Below are positions 53,457-61,859 of a DNA stretch of 61,859 bases, one piece after another. Location of the stretch: contig JBCNUX010000006.1 of assembly GCA_039630485.1 (NCBI GenBank), positions 1 to 61,859 on the forward strand, given 5' to 3'. The translations under genes and the position numbers were made by a program. The notes under the pieces were generated by a model. It was not told where the DNA came from and did no database searches. It saw only the letters and a program-made list of their open reading frames with translations. Position 1 is the stretch's first letter. Each line of letters opens with the position of its first letter. Origin of the DNA: Chlorobiota bacterium. Lineage in GTDB: Bacteria; Bacteroidota; Ignavibacteria; Kapaibacteriales; HRBIN21.

Positions 53457-56452
53457 CATGGCACCTGAAAGGGCTAGTCCTGCTCGTTGCAGGATGCTGG
53501 TTGGCAGCCGAGCTTAGGGCACAGTATCCGGACAGCCGTGGACGCGAGTTCTGGTTGACCTTCCTGCCTAACTACCACAACAACCGTAGAGACCCGGACC
53601 CGCGCGAACGCTTAGGGGACTCGCTCTACATCTTCATCGTTGCCGAGGAACCCTGTCGTGGTTTCATTGAGTGGTGGGATACTACCGGGCAGCGTGTCCA
53701 GGAGCGCTTCGCGATTGTGGATCCCCAACTCCCGTACGTCTTCGCCCGTTCCTGGTGGGGGCTGGAGCTTATGGGATACAACGACAGCGGTATCCTGTTG
53801 ACGAGTGGAGAGAACGAGGGTGGCCAAGGCGAACGCCCAGTGTACAAGGCTTTCCACGTTGTAGTGGAGGAAGGAAGCGAAGTTACCGTATATGCCTTTC
53901 AACAGGCGCTCTACAGCAGCGATGCCTTCCTGGTACTGCCTATCGATGTCCTTGGGCAAGAGTACTTGGTGATGAGCTATCCGAGCGATGGCCGTTCCTC
54001 TGTTGGCGGAATTAGCCCAGAGAGTACACCATCGCAGTTTGCTGTGATCGCTGTGGAGGATCAGACTGAGGTCACGCTCCTTCCCAGCGCTCCTACCTAT
54101 CGGAATGGACTCCAGGAGCAGCGGGTAGTGCTCAACCGCGGACAGGTGTACTTGGTGCAGGCACGGATTACTCCAGGCCAGCTTCGGCCGGACTTAACGG
54201 GTACAGAGATTCGGGCTACAAAGCCTATCGCCGTGTTTGCTGGACATCAGCGGACACTGGTCCCACTTGGACTGCAAGGACTGACCTCACGTGACATCCT
54301 CGTGGAGCAGTTGCCACCGGTTAGCACATGGGGATACTCCGCGCTCCTGACCCACTTCCCAACACCGTCCGGTGGAATCGCTCCCCAGGGAACTCACCGC
54401 TTTCGCGTCCTGGCTGCACAAGCGGGGACCCAAGTCTTCGTGAACGGGCAGCGAGTTGCTGTCTTGGATCGCGGGCAGGTATACGAGGGTGAGCTGACCC
54501 AACCATTGGAGGTGCGCGCAACCGGGCCCATCCTGGTCGCCGCCTTCCATAAGACCTCTAATGCTGGGCAGGTCAACAACATCAGCGACCCCTTCATGAT
54601 GCTCATCCCGCCCGTGCAGCAATTCATGTCGCGGTACCGCTTCATCAATGCCCAGAGGTATAGCTACGATGTCGTGGGCAACTATATGCCTGTCTACCAG
54701 GAACAGTACGCTACGGCTGTTCTCCCCCGAGGAGCCGAGCTTTGGTTGGATGGGCAACGCGTCTCCCCATCCCTTCTGCAGCCTATAGGAACCTCTGGCT
54801 ACGTGTATGCCTGGCTGCGGACTACGGATGGGATTCACGGTATTGAGGCACGTTTTGCGGATGGGACACCGGCCCCGCTAGGACTCTATGTCTACGGCTA
54901 TGGACCGGCGGACTCGTACGGCTACGTTGGTGGGGCCAGCTTCCGTCCCTTAGACGTGACGCCGCCGAGCCTCGCGACGCAGTATCGGTGTTTCAGCCTC
55001 AGCGGGGTAGTCTACGACACAGCCGACGCAGATAGTCGCCTGCAGACGGTGGAGGTCCTCTCGACAGACAACGTACTCGTGACCGTAGAGCCTTTTCCGA
55101 AGCCGGCCGATTCAGTGCGCTTCCAGGCCGTGCTGCGGGACGTCTTCTCGGATGGCTTCTTCCAACTCTATGCCCGAGATTCAGCGGGTTGCGAGCAGCG
55201 GTGGGATTTCGCATTGCCAGGCTTCACTCTTCGGGCAGAGCCGGGCACTGTACAGGTGGATGCTTTCGCTGATGGGCAGAGGCAGTGCAGGGAACTAGTG
55301 GTGCGTAACGTAGGCCGCTTGCCTAAGTACCTGCGGGAGCTCCGGTTCGTTGGGGCGCTGCCTCCGGGGACGGAGGTCTCTTTGAGCCCTGCTGATTCGC
55401 TCCTTGGACCCGGAGAGGCTATGCGGGTGGAGCTCTGCTTCCGAGCAGAGACGGCAGGTGCCTACGAGGCACGGCTACTCCTTGCCGATAGTTGCTTCGT
55501 TGACGACAGCGCAGCGATCGTTCGGATCCTGATTGGCACCGACGAGGCTCCACCAGCGGTGTCCCGACGCCGAGATTCCTGCGGCTGGGAAGATCGAGTC
55601 ATCGTCGCTGACACGGGTGGTTTGGCCTCCGGTATCGTGGAGCTGAACGTTCTCCAGCAGGTGAACTGCACCGTCTCGATTGTAGAACGTGAGCAGTATC
55701 GGGTAGGTCTGCAGGTGAGAGTCTTGGATCCCTACGAGGATGCCTGGTATGAGCTCCTCATTCGTGATGCAGCGGGCAACGAGCGCCGTGTTGCCGATAC
55801 GTTGCCGGGGTTTACGGTGCAAGTCGTTAAGCCCACAGAGCAGGAGTTAGCAGTATCGCCCTGCTCTTACGGCGAGCTCCGGTGTGATACAGTCTGGCTT
55901 CGGAACACAGGGCGCTTCACTGTGCGTCTGGACTACGCCCTGCTGCAGCGGGGGACGGCATTCTCGATACCGCCTGGACAGCTACCGCTCGTGCTGGCCC
56001 CAGGTGAATCCCGAGGGCTGCTGGTCTGTTTTGCGCCGTTGGAGCCGGTTGTTGGCCCCTACGTGGACACGCTACGATTGGAGGCGCTCTGTCGGTACCG
56101 GCAAATCGCATTGCGGAGTGAACTACTGCCGCAGTCGTACATCGGACGCGACCAGTGTGGAGTAGTGCTACAGGGTAGGAGCGACACGACCCAACTCTTC
56201 GTAGAGCCACCATCCCCGCAGCCAGCAACCGCAGAAGCTCGGCTCCGCTTCAGTACTCGACGGCCAACGGAGATTCGGCTCACACTGTACAACGCCTATG
56301 GGCAAGAACTCTGCGAGCTCTCTTCTGGGATGGTGTCGGCAGGGGACCACACCCTGGTTTTCTCCGTCGAGGCCTATCCAGCGGGAGTATACTGGCTACG
56401 GCTCCAGAGTCCGGCTGGAGTTGTCATCCACCCGTTGGTTATCGTTCGGTAG
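53453..56452 (+). CDS. Large T9SS-secreted adhesin-like protein with an IgGFc-binding-protein-N-terminal-like domain, 999 aa
   Basis: After the signal peptide the protein reads GREFWLTFLPNYHNN..., as in the IgGFc_binding-type N-terminal domain. Repeated beta-sandwich-like segments follow. The T9SS CTD reads IRLTLYNAYGQEL...YPAGVYWLRLQS...PLVIVR. The start overlaps the upstream stop (ATGA). Confidence 0.65.
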   Translation: MTWHLKGLVLLVAGCWLAAELRAQYPDSRGREFWLTFLPNYHNNRRDPDPRERLGDSLYIFIVAEEPCRGFIEWWDTTGQRVQERFAIVDPQLPYVFARSWWGLELMGYNDSGILLTSGENEGGQGERPVYKAFHVVVEEGSEVTVYAFQQALYSSDAFLVLPIDVLGQEYLVMSYPSDGRSSVGGISPESTPSQFAVIAVEDQTEVTLLPSAPTYRNGLQEQRVVLNRGQVYLVQARITPGQLRPDLTGTEIRATKPIAVFAGHQRTLVPLGLQGLTSRDILVEQLPPVSTWGYSALLTHFPTPSGGIAPQGTHRFRVLAAQAGTQVFVNGQRVAVLDRGQVYEGELTQPLEVRATGPILVAAFHKTSNAGQVNNISDPFMMLIPPVQQFMSRYRFINAQRYSYDVVGNYMPVYQEQYATAVLPRGAELWLDGQRVSPSLLQPIGTSGYVYAWLRTTDGIHGIEARFADGTPAPLGLYVYGYGPADSYGYVGGASFRPLDVTPPSLATQYRCFSLSGVVYDTADADSRLQTVEVLSTDNVLVTVEPFPKPADSVRFQAVLRDVFSDGFFQLYARDSAGCEQRWDFALPGFTLRAEPGTVQVDAFADGQRQCRELVVRNVGRLPKYLRELRFVGALPPGTEVSLSPADSLLGPGEAMRVELCFRAETAGAYEARLLLADSCFVDDSAAIVRILIGTDEAPPAVSRRRDSCGWEDRVIVADTGGLASGIVELNVLQQVNCTVSIVEREQYRVGLQVRVLDPYEDAWYELLIRDAAGNERRVADTLPGFTVQVVKPTEQELAVSPCSYGELRCDTVWLRNTGRFTVRLDYALLQRGTAFSIPPGQLPLVLAPGESRGLLVCFAPLEPVVGPYVDTLRLEALCRYRQIALRSELLPQSYIGRDQCGVVLQGRSDTTQLFVEPPSPQPATAEARLRFSTRRPTEIRLTLYNAYGQELCELSSGMVSAGDHTLVFSVEAYPAGVYWLRLQSPAGVVIHPLVIVR

Positions 56453-58559
56453 TCCCCCAACGTGCCTCGCAGCCAATAAACCATTGACGCCCCACGAAGT
56501 GGGGGAGGAAGCGGGGATTGGAGATGTTGAGGATGTTGCGGATGCCAATGCTCCAGCTCACTGTAGCTGGGCTGATTCTCCAGGACTGCGAGAGCCAGGC
56601 ACTGATGTTCCAGTAGCCGGGCACATACTCGTCTGGGCGGTCTAAAACGCGCCGCGGCGGGTTGAGCACGGCGACCCCATTCCGATCCAAGGCCTCGTCT
56701 CCGAAGCGGCTCCGATGGTGGAAGTGAAAGGTCAGCCACGTCATCGTTGGCGCATACTGGAGCTGTAAGCGCCCAGCAAGGGTGTGACGGGAGCGTCCCC
56801 AGAGTCCGCCGTATTCACTTCGGCGCAGTGGAATGAAGCGGCCTGTGGTAGGGTCTTGTGTACCAGCCCGTCCGGCGGCAATAGCGTCCAGCACGTCCAC
56901 ATCGACGGCGTCGAGCCACTGGTAGGCCACACGGGTAGAAAGACGCCACTCTGAAGTCGGCGAGACAGTCGCAGAGGCCGTAACTTCAAAACCCCGTGTG
57001 GCAATCCGAGCGATGTTGCGGTACGAGTAGACGTCGATCCCTTCGGTGCGCCCGACGTAGAAGGGTTCGATGAGGTTCCGCACCCAGTTGACGAAGCCAC
57101 GTACTTCTAAAGCTCCTTCGCTCTGGATTGAGAGCAGGAGCCAGATGGGAATCATCAGGCCGGCATCGGCTGCAATAGAGCGCTCTGCTTGGAGCTCAAG
57201 ACCAAGTAGGCGTGCCCCTAGGAGAGCATACCCAGCCCCTTGCAGTTGGTTAGTGAATCGAACGAAGAGCTGTCGAGGATCGGGGGCCCGGAACCCTGTG
57301 CCTACGGAGAAGCGGAGCTGAGGAGCATTCGATCCCCAGGGTCGCAGTAAGAAGGCTGCCTTCGGATTCCACTGGGTTCCGTATGCGGAGGTCTGGTCCC
57401 ACCGGAGGCTGAGTGCATAGCTCAGCCACTCGTACGGTTCACCTTCCCACTGCGTAAAGGCCGCAAGGGTACGCACAGTAGGCCTGCCGGGGTACCGGGT
57501 CCCGGAGACCTCCTCCACTAGCCACTCCCCGCCAAAGGTGAAACGGTACCGCACGTTCCACAGCAGGTCGTACTGAACCCAGAGGCGACCCAAGCGCTGT
57601 AGCAAGTCGTCTGAACCCCCAGTTTGGGGTTGGGAAACATCCCAGGTGTACCGCTCCTCGTACTGATTACCGAAGAGGCCGAACTGTAGCCGTGCGCGGC
57701 GTCGAGTCCAGGAGCCAGTCCCCGCCGCACTCCACTCCCGCTGTCGGAATTGGCCTCGGTTGACGGCCACTTGTCCTGCAAAGCTCTCCGCGAATGCGCC
57801 CTGTGTCTGACTCTGGAACCAGCGAGCGTCGGTCTGGAATTCCCACGCAGAGCTTGGGTGCCAATACGTTGTCCCTTGGAGAGCTACCTCGGTGACTCCG
57901 GCATAGGGAATCCGTACGCTATCCGCTGTCAGCTCAAATGGCTGTGCGTGGCGGAAATACCCAAACAGATGGGCTGCGATATGTGAGCTACCATACCCGA
58001 GCCCTGCTTGAAGTTCGGATCCATCACGGGTAGTGTAACGAGCTGCGGCTTGCCCCTCCCAACCTTTCTGAGGTCTAGGTGTAATCAAGTTGATGACGCC
58101 CCCCAGGGCCGTGCTGCCATAGAGGCTAGACATTGGCCCCTTGACAATCTCAATTCGCTCTATGCTCCCTGAGGGGATACGCCGGAGGTCTACTACGCCA
58201 GCTACACGACCGGTGAGCGGCTGCCCATTCAGCAGAATGAGCGTGTAGGCTGGCTCCAGTCCCATGAGCTGAACTCCGCTTCGGATTCGGTACTGTCGAA
58301 GAATGCCAGCCGACTCTTCCAAGAGCTCAGCTACGGAGACCGATCCTGCTGGAGTCTGAGGAGGGGGTTGGAGGACTTCGACTCGAACGGGGGCGCGTTC
58401 AGCGATGGTGGGAAGCCGGGATCCGGTCACGACAATCTCCGGGGCTCGGTAGATTCTCGCAGAGTCGGCTCTAGGGGGTTCCTGTGATAGAGGTTGCCCG
58501 TCGCTTGCTCTTGGCAGGATGCATAGCAGTAGCCCGGCGATTCGTGCTACACGGTTCAT
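56439..58559 (-). CDS. TonB-dependent outer membrane receptor, about 706 aa
   Basis: A signal peptide MNRVARIAGLLLCILPRA is present. The plug region contains EIVVTGSR, IEIVKGPMSSLYGSTALGGVINLIT. A 22-strand-type C-terminal barrel follows. I chose the internal ATG at 58559. Confidence 0.85.
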   Translation of the reverse strand: MNRVARIAGLLLCILPRASDGQPLSQEPPRADSARIYRAPEIVVTGSRLPTIAERAPVRVEVLQPPPQTPAGSVSVAELLEESAGILRQYRIRSGVQLMGLEPAYTLILLNGQPLTGRVAGVVDLRRIPSGSIERIEIVKGPMSSLYGSTALGGVINLITPRPQKGWEGQAAARYTTRDGSELQAGLGYGSSHIAAHLFGYFRHAQPFELTADSVRIPYAGVTEVALQGTTYWHPSSAWEFQTDARWFQSQTQGAFAESFAGQVAVNRGQFRQREWSAAGTGSWTRRRARLQFGLFGNQYEERYTWDVSQPQTGGSDDLLQRLGRLWVQYDLLWNVRYRFTFGGEWLVEEVSGTRYPGRPTVRTLAAFTQWEGEPYEWLSYALSLRWDQTSAYGTQWNPKAAFLLRPWGSNAPQLRFSVGTGFRAPDPRQLFVRFTNQLQGAGYALLGARLLGLELQAERSIAADAGLMIPIWLLLSIQSEGALEVRGFVNWVRNLIEPFYVGRTEGIDVYSYRNIARIATRGFEVTASATVSPTSEWRLSTRVAYQWLDAVDVDVLDAIAAGRAGTQDPTTGRFIPLRRSEYGGLWGRSRHTLAGRLQLQYAPTMTWLTFHFHHRSRFGDEALDRNGVAVLNPPRRVLDRPDEYVPGYWNISAWLSQSWRISPATVSWSIGIRNILNISNPRFLPHFVGRQWFIGCEARWGTTER

Positions 58560-58634
58560 GGCGTCTGCTAAACTAGCGCCTTGGCATGAGAGGGGGATGG
58601 ACAAAGGCTAGACAGAGCTGTGGTGGGGCTTGTG

Positions 58635-58642
58635 TATATTTG
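58635..58642 (+). promoter_or_regulatory. Candidate -7 box TATATTTG upstream of fur
   Basis: Exact TAnnTTTG match. It sits 29 nt upstream of the ATG at 58672, and only 14 nt upstream of the alternative ATG at 58657. Confidence 0.35.
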
Positions 58643-58671
58643 TCGCTCGGTCTGAGATGCCCTGGTTTCTG

Positions 58672-59154
58672 ATGAAGCCTGCAGGAGCTTTGAAGGCAAA
58701 CTCGATAGACGTAGAGGAGCTGAAGCGTCGTTTCGCTGCATTTCTCCAGGAGCAGCGGTATAGGAATACCGAGGAGCGGATGCGGATTCTGGAGCGGATT
58801 GCCGAGATGCCGGACCACTTCACCGCTGATGAGCTCTACGTCTACATGCACACACGGGGCGATAGGGTGTCGCGGGCGACGATTTACTCTACATTGGAAC
58901 TGTTGACGCGCTGCGATTTGCTGGTCCGGCATCGCTTTGACCGTAACGGGATGAAGTATGAATTGGCGGCGCGGATGCCGAACCATGACCATCTCTTCTG
59001 CCTAGACTGTGGTCGAATGGTGGAGTTCTGCATCCCGCAACTCCAGGAGCTAGTGCGGCGAGTGGCACAGCAGTATGAGTTGAACGCCGTGCGCCACTCG
59101 CTGCAGATCTTCGCCCATTGTCCACAACTAGCAGAGTGTCCGTACCGAACGTAA
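58672..59154 (+). CDS. fur: Fur-family metalloregulator, about 160 aa
   Basis: The winged-helix region reads RNTEERMRILERIAEMPDHFTADELY...RVSRATIYSTLELL. The metal sites are HDHLFCLDCGRMVEF and HCPQLAEC. The start is uncertain among 58630, 58657 and 58672. Confidence 0.85.
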   Translation: MKPAGALKANSIDVEELKRRFAAFLQEQRYRNTEERMRILERIAEMPDHFTADELYVYMHTRGDRVSRATIYSTLELLTRCDLLVRHRFDRNGMKYELAARMPNHDHLFCLDCGRMVEFCIPQLQELVRRVAQQYELNAVRHSLQIFAHCPQLAECPYRT

Positions 59155-59223
59155 CGGACAATCCACTGCTGGTGCATTCGTCCCAAAGCTCGAATTGTTC
59201 AACACAGCAAGGTGGAGCAGCCG

Positions 59224-60204
59224 ATGTACGGCAACCTCAGCATCGTTGAGCCCCTAAACACAGAGGAGCGGGAGGACCCGGAGCGCGTGGCAGAGTTTGA
59301 GGAGCGGATTGCTCGCGGAGAGAAGATCGAGCCAGGGGACTGGATGCCGCGCGAGTACCGTCGGCAAGTCCTTCGGATGGTTGAACAGCATGCCCATTCC
59401 GAAATTATCGGAGCCCTGCCTGAAGGGACGTGGATCACTCGGGCCCCTGGCTTCAAACGGAAGCTGGCGCTCATGGCAAAGGTACAGGATGAGGTGGGGC
59501 ACGCACAGCTTCTCTACAGCGCTGCAGAGACGCTCGGGAAGCCACGTGAGCAGATGATCAATGACCTGCTCAGCGGGAAGGCCAAGTATTCTAACGTCTT
59601 CAACTACCCAGCTCTGACGTGGGCTGACACAGCTATCATTGCTTGGCTTATTGACGCTGCAGCAATCATCAATCAGACGCTGAATAGCAAGGGCTCCTAT
59701 GGCCCGTACGCCCGAGCTCTGGAGCGGATCTGCAAGGAAGAGGCCTTCCACCTGAAGTACGGATACGACAACGTTGTTACGCTCGCCAGCGGTACCAAGC
59801 GGCAGAGGCAGATGCTCCAAGAAGCCCTCAATCGGTGGTGGAAGCCGATCATGCATTTCTTCGGTCCGCCGGACTCTATGTCCGTGCATAGCGAGAAGCT
59901 ACTGCGCTGGAAGGTCAAGATGGCGAGCAACGACGAGATGCGTCAGATGTTCCTGGATGCCTACGTTCCTAAAATTTGGGAGCTGGGGCTGACCATCCCT
60001 GATCCCAAGCTGCGCAAAAACCCCGAAACGGGCAAATGGGAATACTCTGATCCCGACTGGGATGAGTTCTGGCGCGTCATCAATGGGAATGGACCGTGCA
60101 ATCGGGAGCGGTTAGCCGTTCGCCGTACGGCTGACGAGCTTGGAGCGTGGGTACGCCGAGCTCTCTTGAAGCCGAATGGGCGGTATGTGGCACCTCTCTT
60201 CTGA
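59224..60204 (+). CDS. paaA: 1,2-phenylacetyl-CoA epoxidase subunit A, 326 aa
   Basis: The diiron ferritin-like segments are [12 protein letters not shown] and [11 protein letters not shown]. The ATG at 59224 is preceded by AAGGTGGAG. Confidence 0.9.
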   Translation: MYGNLSIVEPLNTEEREDPERVAEFEERIARGEKIEPGDWMPREYRRQVLRMVEQHAHSEIIGALPEGTWITRAPGFKRKLALMAKVQDEVGHAQLLYSAAETLGKPREQMINDLLSGKAKYSNVFNYPALTWADTAIIAWLIDAAAIINQTLNSKGSYGPYARALERICKEEAFHLKYGYDNVVTLASGTKRQRQMLQEALNRWWKPIMHFFGPPDSMSVHSEKLLRWKVKMASNDEMRQMFLDAYVPKIWELGLTIPDPKLRKNPETGKWEYSDPDWDEFWRVINGNGPCNRERLAVRRTADELGAWVRRALLKPNGRYVAPLF

Positions 60205-60220
60205 GCTTGCAGGCTCAGGG

Positions 60221-60640
60221 ATGTCTGCCCCGCGTACGGTAACGATTCAGTCCCTCGATCCCCGGATCAATCGTCTCCGCATTCCGGCGGAGCTTCCAGA
60301 GTTTACTCCGAAGCCCATGCTGGACGAGTGGGAGCCGTACGAGGTCTTCTGGAAAGAAAAGCCGGGAGACCAGCCGGTACATGTCGGCACTGTTCGTGCC
60401 CCAAACCCGGAGATGGCTTTGGTGCTGGCAAAAGAGGGCTACTGTCGCCGAGGCAAGACCTATACCATCTGGATTGTCCGGACGGCTGATATCTACACCT
60501 TTAGTCCCGATGATACCGACATCTTCGCGACGGTGCCCGAGAAAACCTACCGAGAACCTGATGCCTACAAGGTTGTCCAGAAAATCCTACGTCTAAAGCG
60601 GCAGCAACAGCGTGAGCGTTCCTCTGAAGAGGGAGAATGA
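60221..60640 (+). CDS. paaB: 1,2-phenylacetyl-CoA epoxidase subunit B, 139 aa
   Basis: The protein contains WEPYEVFWKEKPGDQPVHVGTVRAPNPEMALVLAKE...IWIVRTADI. I chose the internal ATG at 60221, which lies after the paaA stop. Confidence 0.85.
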   Translation: MSAPRTVTIQSLDPRINRLRIPAELPEFTPKPMLDEWEPYEVFWKEKPGDQPVHVGTVRAPNPEMALVLAKEGYCRRGKTYTIWIVRTADIYTFSPDDTDIFATVPEKTYREPDAYKVVQKILRLKRQQQRERSSEEGE

Positions 60641-61413
60641 CCGTCCTGCCTGTAGAACTGCAGCCGGCGCTGAAGGATCTGCTGTACCGAATGGCAGATG
60701 ATGCGCTCATCCTCGGTCACCGCCACTCGGAGTGGACTGGCTTGGGGCCGATTTTAGAGGAAGACATCGCTTTCTCCTCGATTGCCCAGGATAAGATTGG
60801 ACATGCTTACGCGCTCTACCAACCGCTGCACGAATTGGGCGAGCCCGATCCTGACCGAATTGCCTTTTTCCGAGATGCTCCCGACTTTCGCTGCTGCCAC
60901 TTGGTAGAGTACCCAAACGGTGGCTACGATTTCAGCCTCATGCGCCATCTCCTCTTCGACGTTGCCGAGCAATGGCGATATCATCTGCTGGAAAGTTCTC
61001 GCTACGAGCCTCTGGCACGTCTTGCCCGGAAGGTGCGTGGGGAGATCAAATACCATGTCTTCCACGCTACCCAATGGGTCATCCAGTTGGGAGCTCGGGG
61101 GACAGAGGAGAGCCACCAGCGGATGCAGCAAGCTCTGGAGCGAGTCTTCCCGCTGGCATTGGGAATCTTTGAGGTAACACCGTACGACGAGCTCCTTGCT
61201 GCAGAGGGGATCTTTCCGGGAGAGCGGGTGCTGCAGGAGAGATGGCTGGAGACGATCTCCTCTGTCATAGAGCAGGCGACGCTTCAATTACCGGACCCTC
61301 AGACGGTTGTGCCTGCATACGGCGGACGGCGAGGTATCCATACGGAATACCTCCAGCCACTCCTGGATGAGATGGGGGAGGTAATCCGTAGTGAGCCTGA
61401 TGCAGAATGGTGA
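60637..61413 (+). CDS. paaC: 1,2-phenylacetyl-CoA epoxidase subunit C, 258 aa
   Basis: The protein contains LLYRMADDALILGHRHSEWTGLGPILEEDIAFSSIAQDKIGHA. The start overlaps the paaB stop (ATGA). Confidence 0.88.
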   Translation: MTVLPVELQPALKDLLYRMADDALILGHRHSEWTGLGPILEEDIAFSSIAQDKIGHAYALYQPLHELGEPDPDRIAFFRDAPDFRCCHLVEYPNGGYDFSLMRHLLFDVAEQWRYHLLESSRYEPLARLARKVRGEIKYHVFHATQWVIQLGARGTEESHQRMQQALERVFPLALGIFEVTPYDELLAAEGIFPGERVLQERWLETISSVIEQATLQLPDPQTVVPAYGGRRGIHTEYLQPLLDEMGEVIRSEPDAEW

Positions 61414-61859
61414 CGTACGAGGACATCTGGCAAGCACTAAGTACGGTTTACGATCCCGAGATCCCCAACCTTGCCATCACGGACATGGGGATGGTGGCAG
61501 ATGTGCAGCTGGACTCTAACTCTGAGAGGGTGGTGGTCAAACTCACCCCCACCTTCGTTGGGTGTCCGGCAATTCCTCTAATTCGCGCCGAAGTAGAGCA
61601 ACGTCTCCGTCAGTTACCCTTGCGTGACGTCGTTGTGGAGATTACGTATGATCCACCGTGGACGACCAATCGGCTCTCCCCAAAGGCCCGGGAGGTTTTG
61701 CACCAGTTCGGCATCGCACCGCCACCGGTATATGAGGGTCCAGAGTTCCCGTTGGAGCTACTTCGAGAACCCGTGGAGTGTCCGTACTGCGGGAGCGTGG
61801 ACACGGTCCTACAGACACCTTTCGGTCCAACACTATGTCGTGCGATTCACTACTGCAAC
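61407..61859 (+). CDS. paaD: 1,2-phenylacetyl-CoA epoxidase subunit D (partial, runs off the right edge)
   Basis: Hand translation gives MVTYEDIWQALSTVYDPEIPNLAITDMGMV...LTPTFVGCPA...ECPYCGSVDT...CRAIHYCN. This is a MIP18/SufT-like domain followed by a Cys-rich C-terminus. The ORF is open to position 61859. Confidence 0.85.
   Translation, partial: MVTYEDIWQALSTVYDPEIPNLAITDMGMVADVQLDSNSERVVVKLTPTFVGCPAIPLIRAEVEQRLRQLPLRDVVVEITYDPPWTTNRLSPKAREVLHQFGIAPPPVYEGPEFPLELLREPVECPYCGSVDTVLQTPFGPTLCRAIHYCN

Noticed and set aside
6281-58604. Several track ORFs have N-terminal extensions: ldhA to 6397, paaN from 6252, gcvT from 8026, the exonuclease to 10284, tolC from 19079, the M4 protease to 29631, clpB to 32053, lon from 47281, mqnA-like to 51953, the TBDR to 58604 and paaB from 60176.
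   Set aside because: The extensions are P/R/S-rich and overlap neighbouring genes. Internal ATGs give canonical N-termini or signal peptides, and several are correctly spaced from TAnnTTTG boxes. Shorter gene models were therefore adopted.
58560-58671. A Fur box was looked for in the TonB-receptor/fur intergenic region.
   Set aside because: I could find no 19-bp GATAATGATAATCATTATC-like palindrome or any clear inverted repeat by eye. Only the TATATTTG promoter-like box is reported.
1-61859. The whole window was searched for CRISPR arrays, tRNA/rRNA genes, transposases, integrases and long direct or inverted repeats.
   Set aside because: I saw none while reading the sequence and the ORF track. 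By-eye scanning cannot exclude short or degenerate elements, so tRNAscan, Infernal/Rfam and a repeat finder should be run to confirm.

Overview
This is a high-GC (about 55-70% by hand counts of sampled lines), gene-dense chromosomal segment. It probably comes from a member of the Bacteroidota / Rhodothermota / Chlorobi (FCB) group. Three things support that placement: four large secreted proteins end in T9SS-type C-terminal sorting domains, an ileS / dksA-traR-like / lspA block is present, and a TAnnTTTG box recurs about 30-40 nt upstream of start codons. Most of the window is housekeeping or envelope biology: a variant System I cytochrome c maturation cluster (ccmC-D-E-E'-F), a tolC-tetR-MFP-RND efflux operon, gcvT, ileS, lspA, purK, ribE, rpe, tsaB, murQ, ptsH-ptsI, dispersed phenylacetate catabolism genes (paaN, a PaaI-like thioesterase, paaABCD) and a TonB-dependent receptor divergent from fur. 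The only clearly accessory or defence-like content is at the left edge. There, a 960-aa SNF2-type helicase is translationally coupled (ATGA) to a large type IIG / PglX / DrmMI-like N6-adenine methyltransferase that runs off the window. This looks like the 5' end of a DISARM-class-1-like or related multi-gene restriction locus. Inside that methyltransferase the codon-position GC signal switches frame between about 245 and 600, and the junctions fall at a homopolymer and at a 5-nt tandem duplication. Other oddities are a ClpB gene cut off after NBD1, a tandem CcmE paralog without a heme-binding residue, an AddB-like nuclease with no AddA partner that is coupled to a LonC-like protease with a degenerate Walker A, and a cohesin/dockerin T9SS protein. 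I found no tRNA, rRNA, CRISPR array, transposase or integrase. All calls rest on reading the ORF-track proteins and on hand translation. No database search was run.
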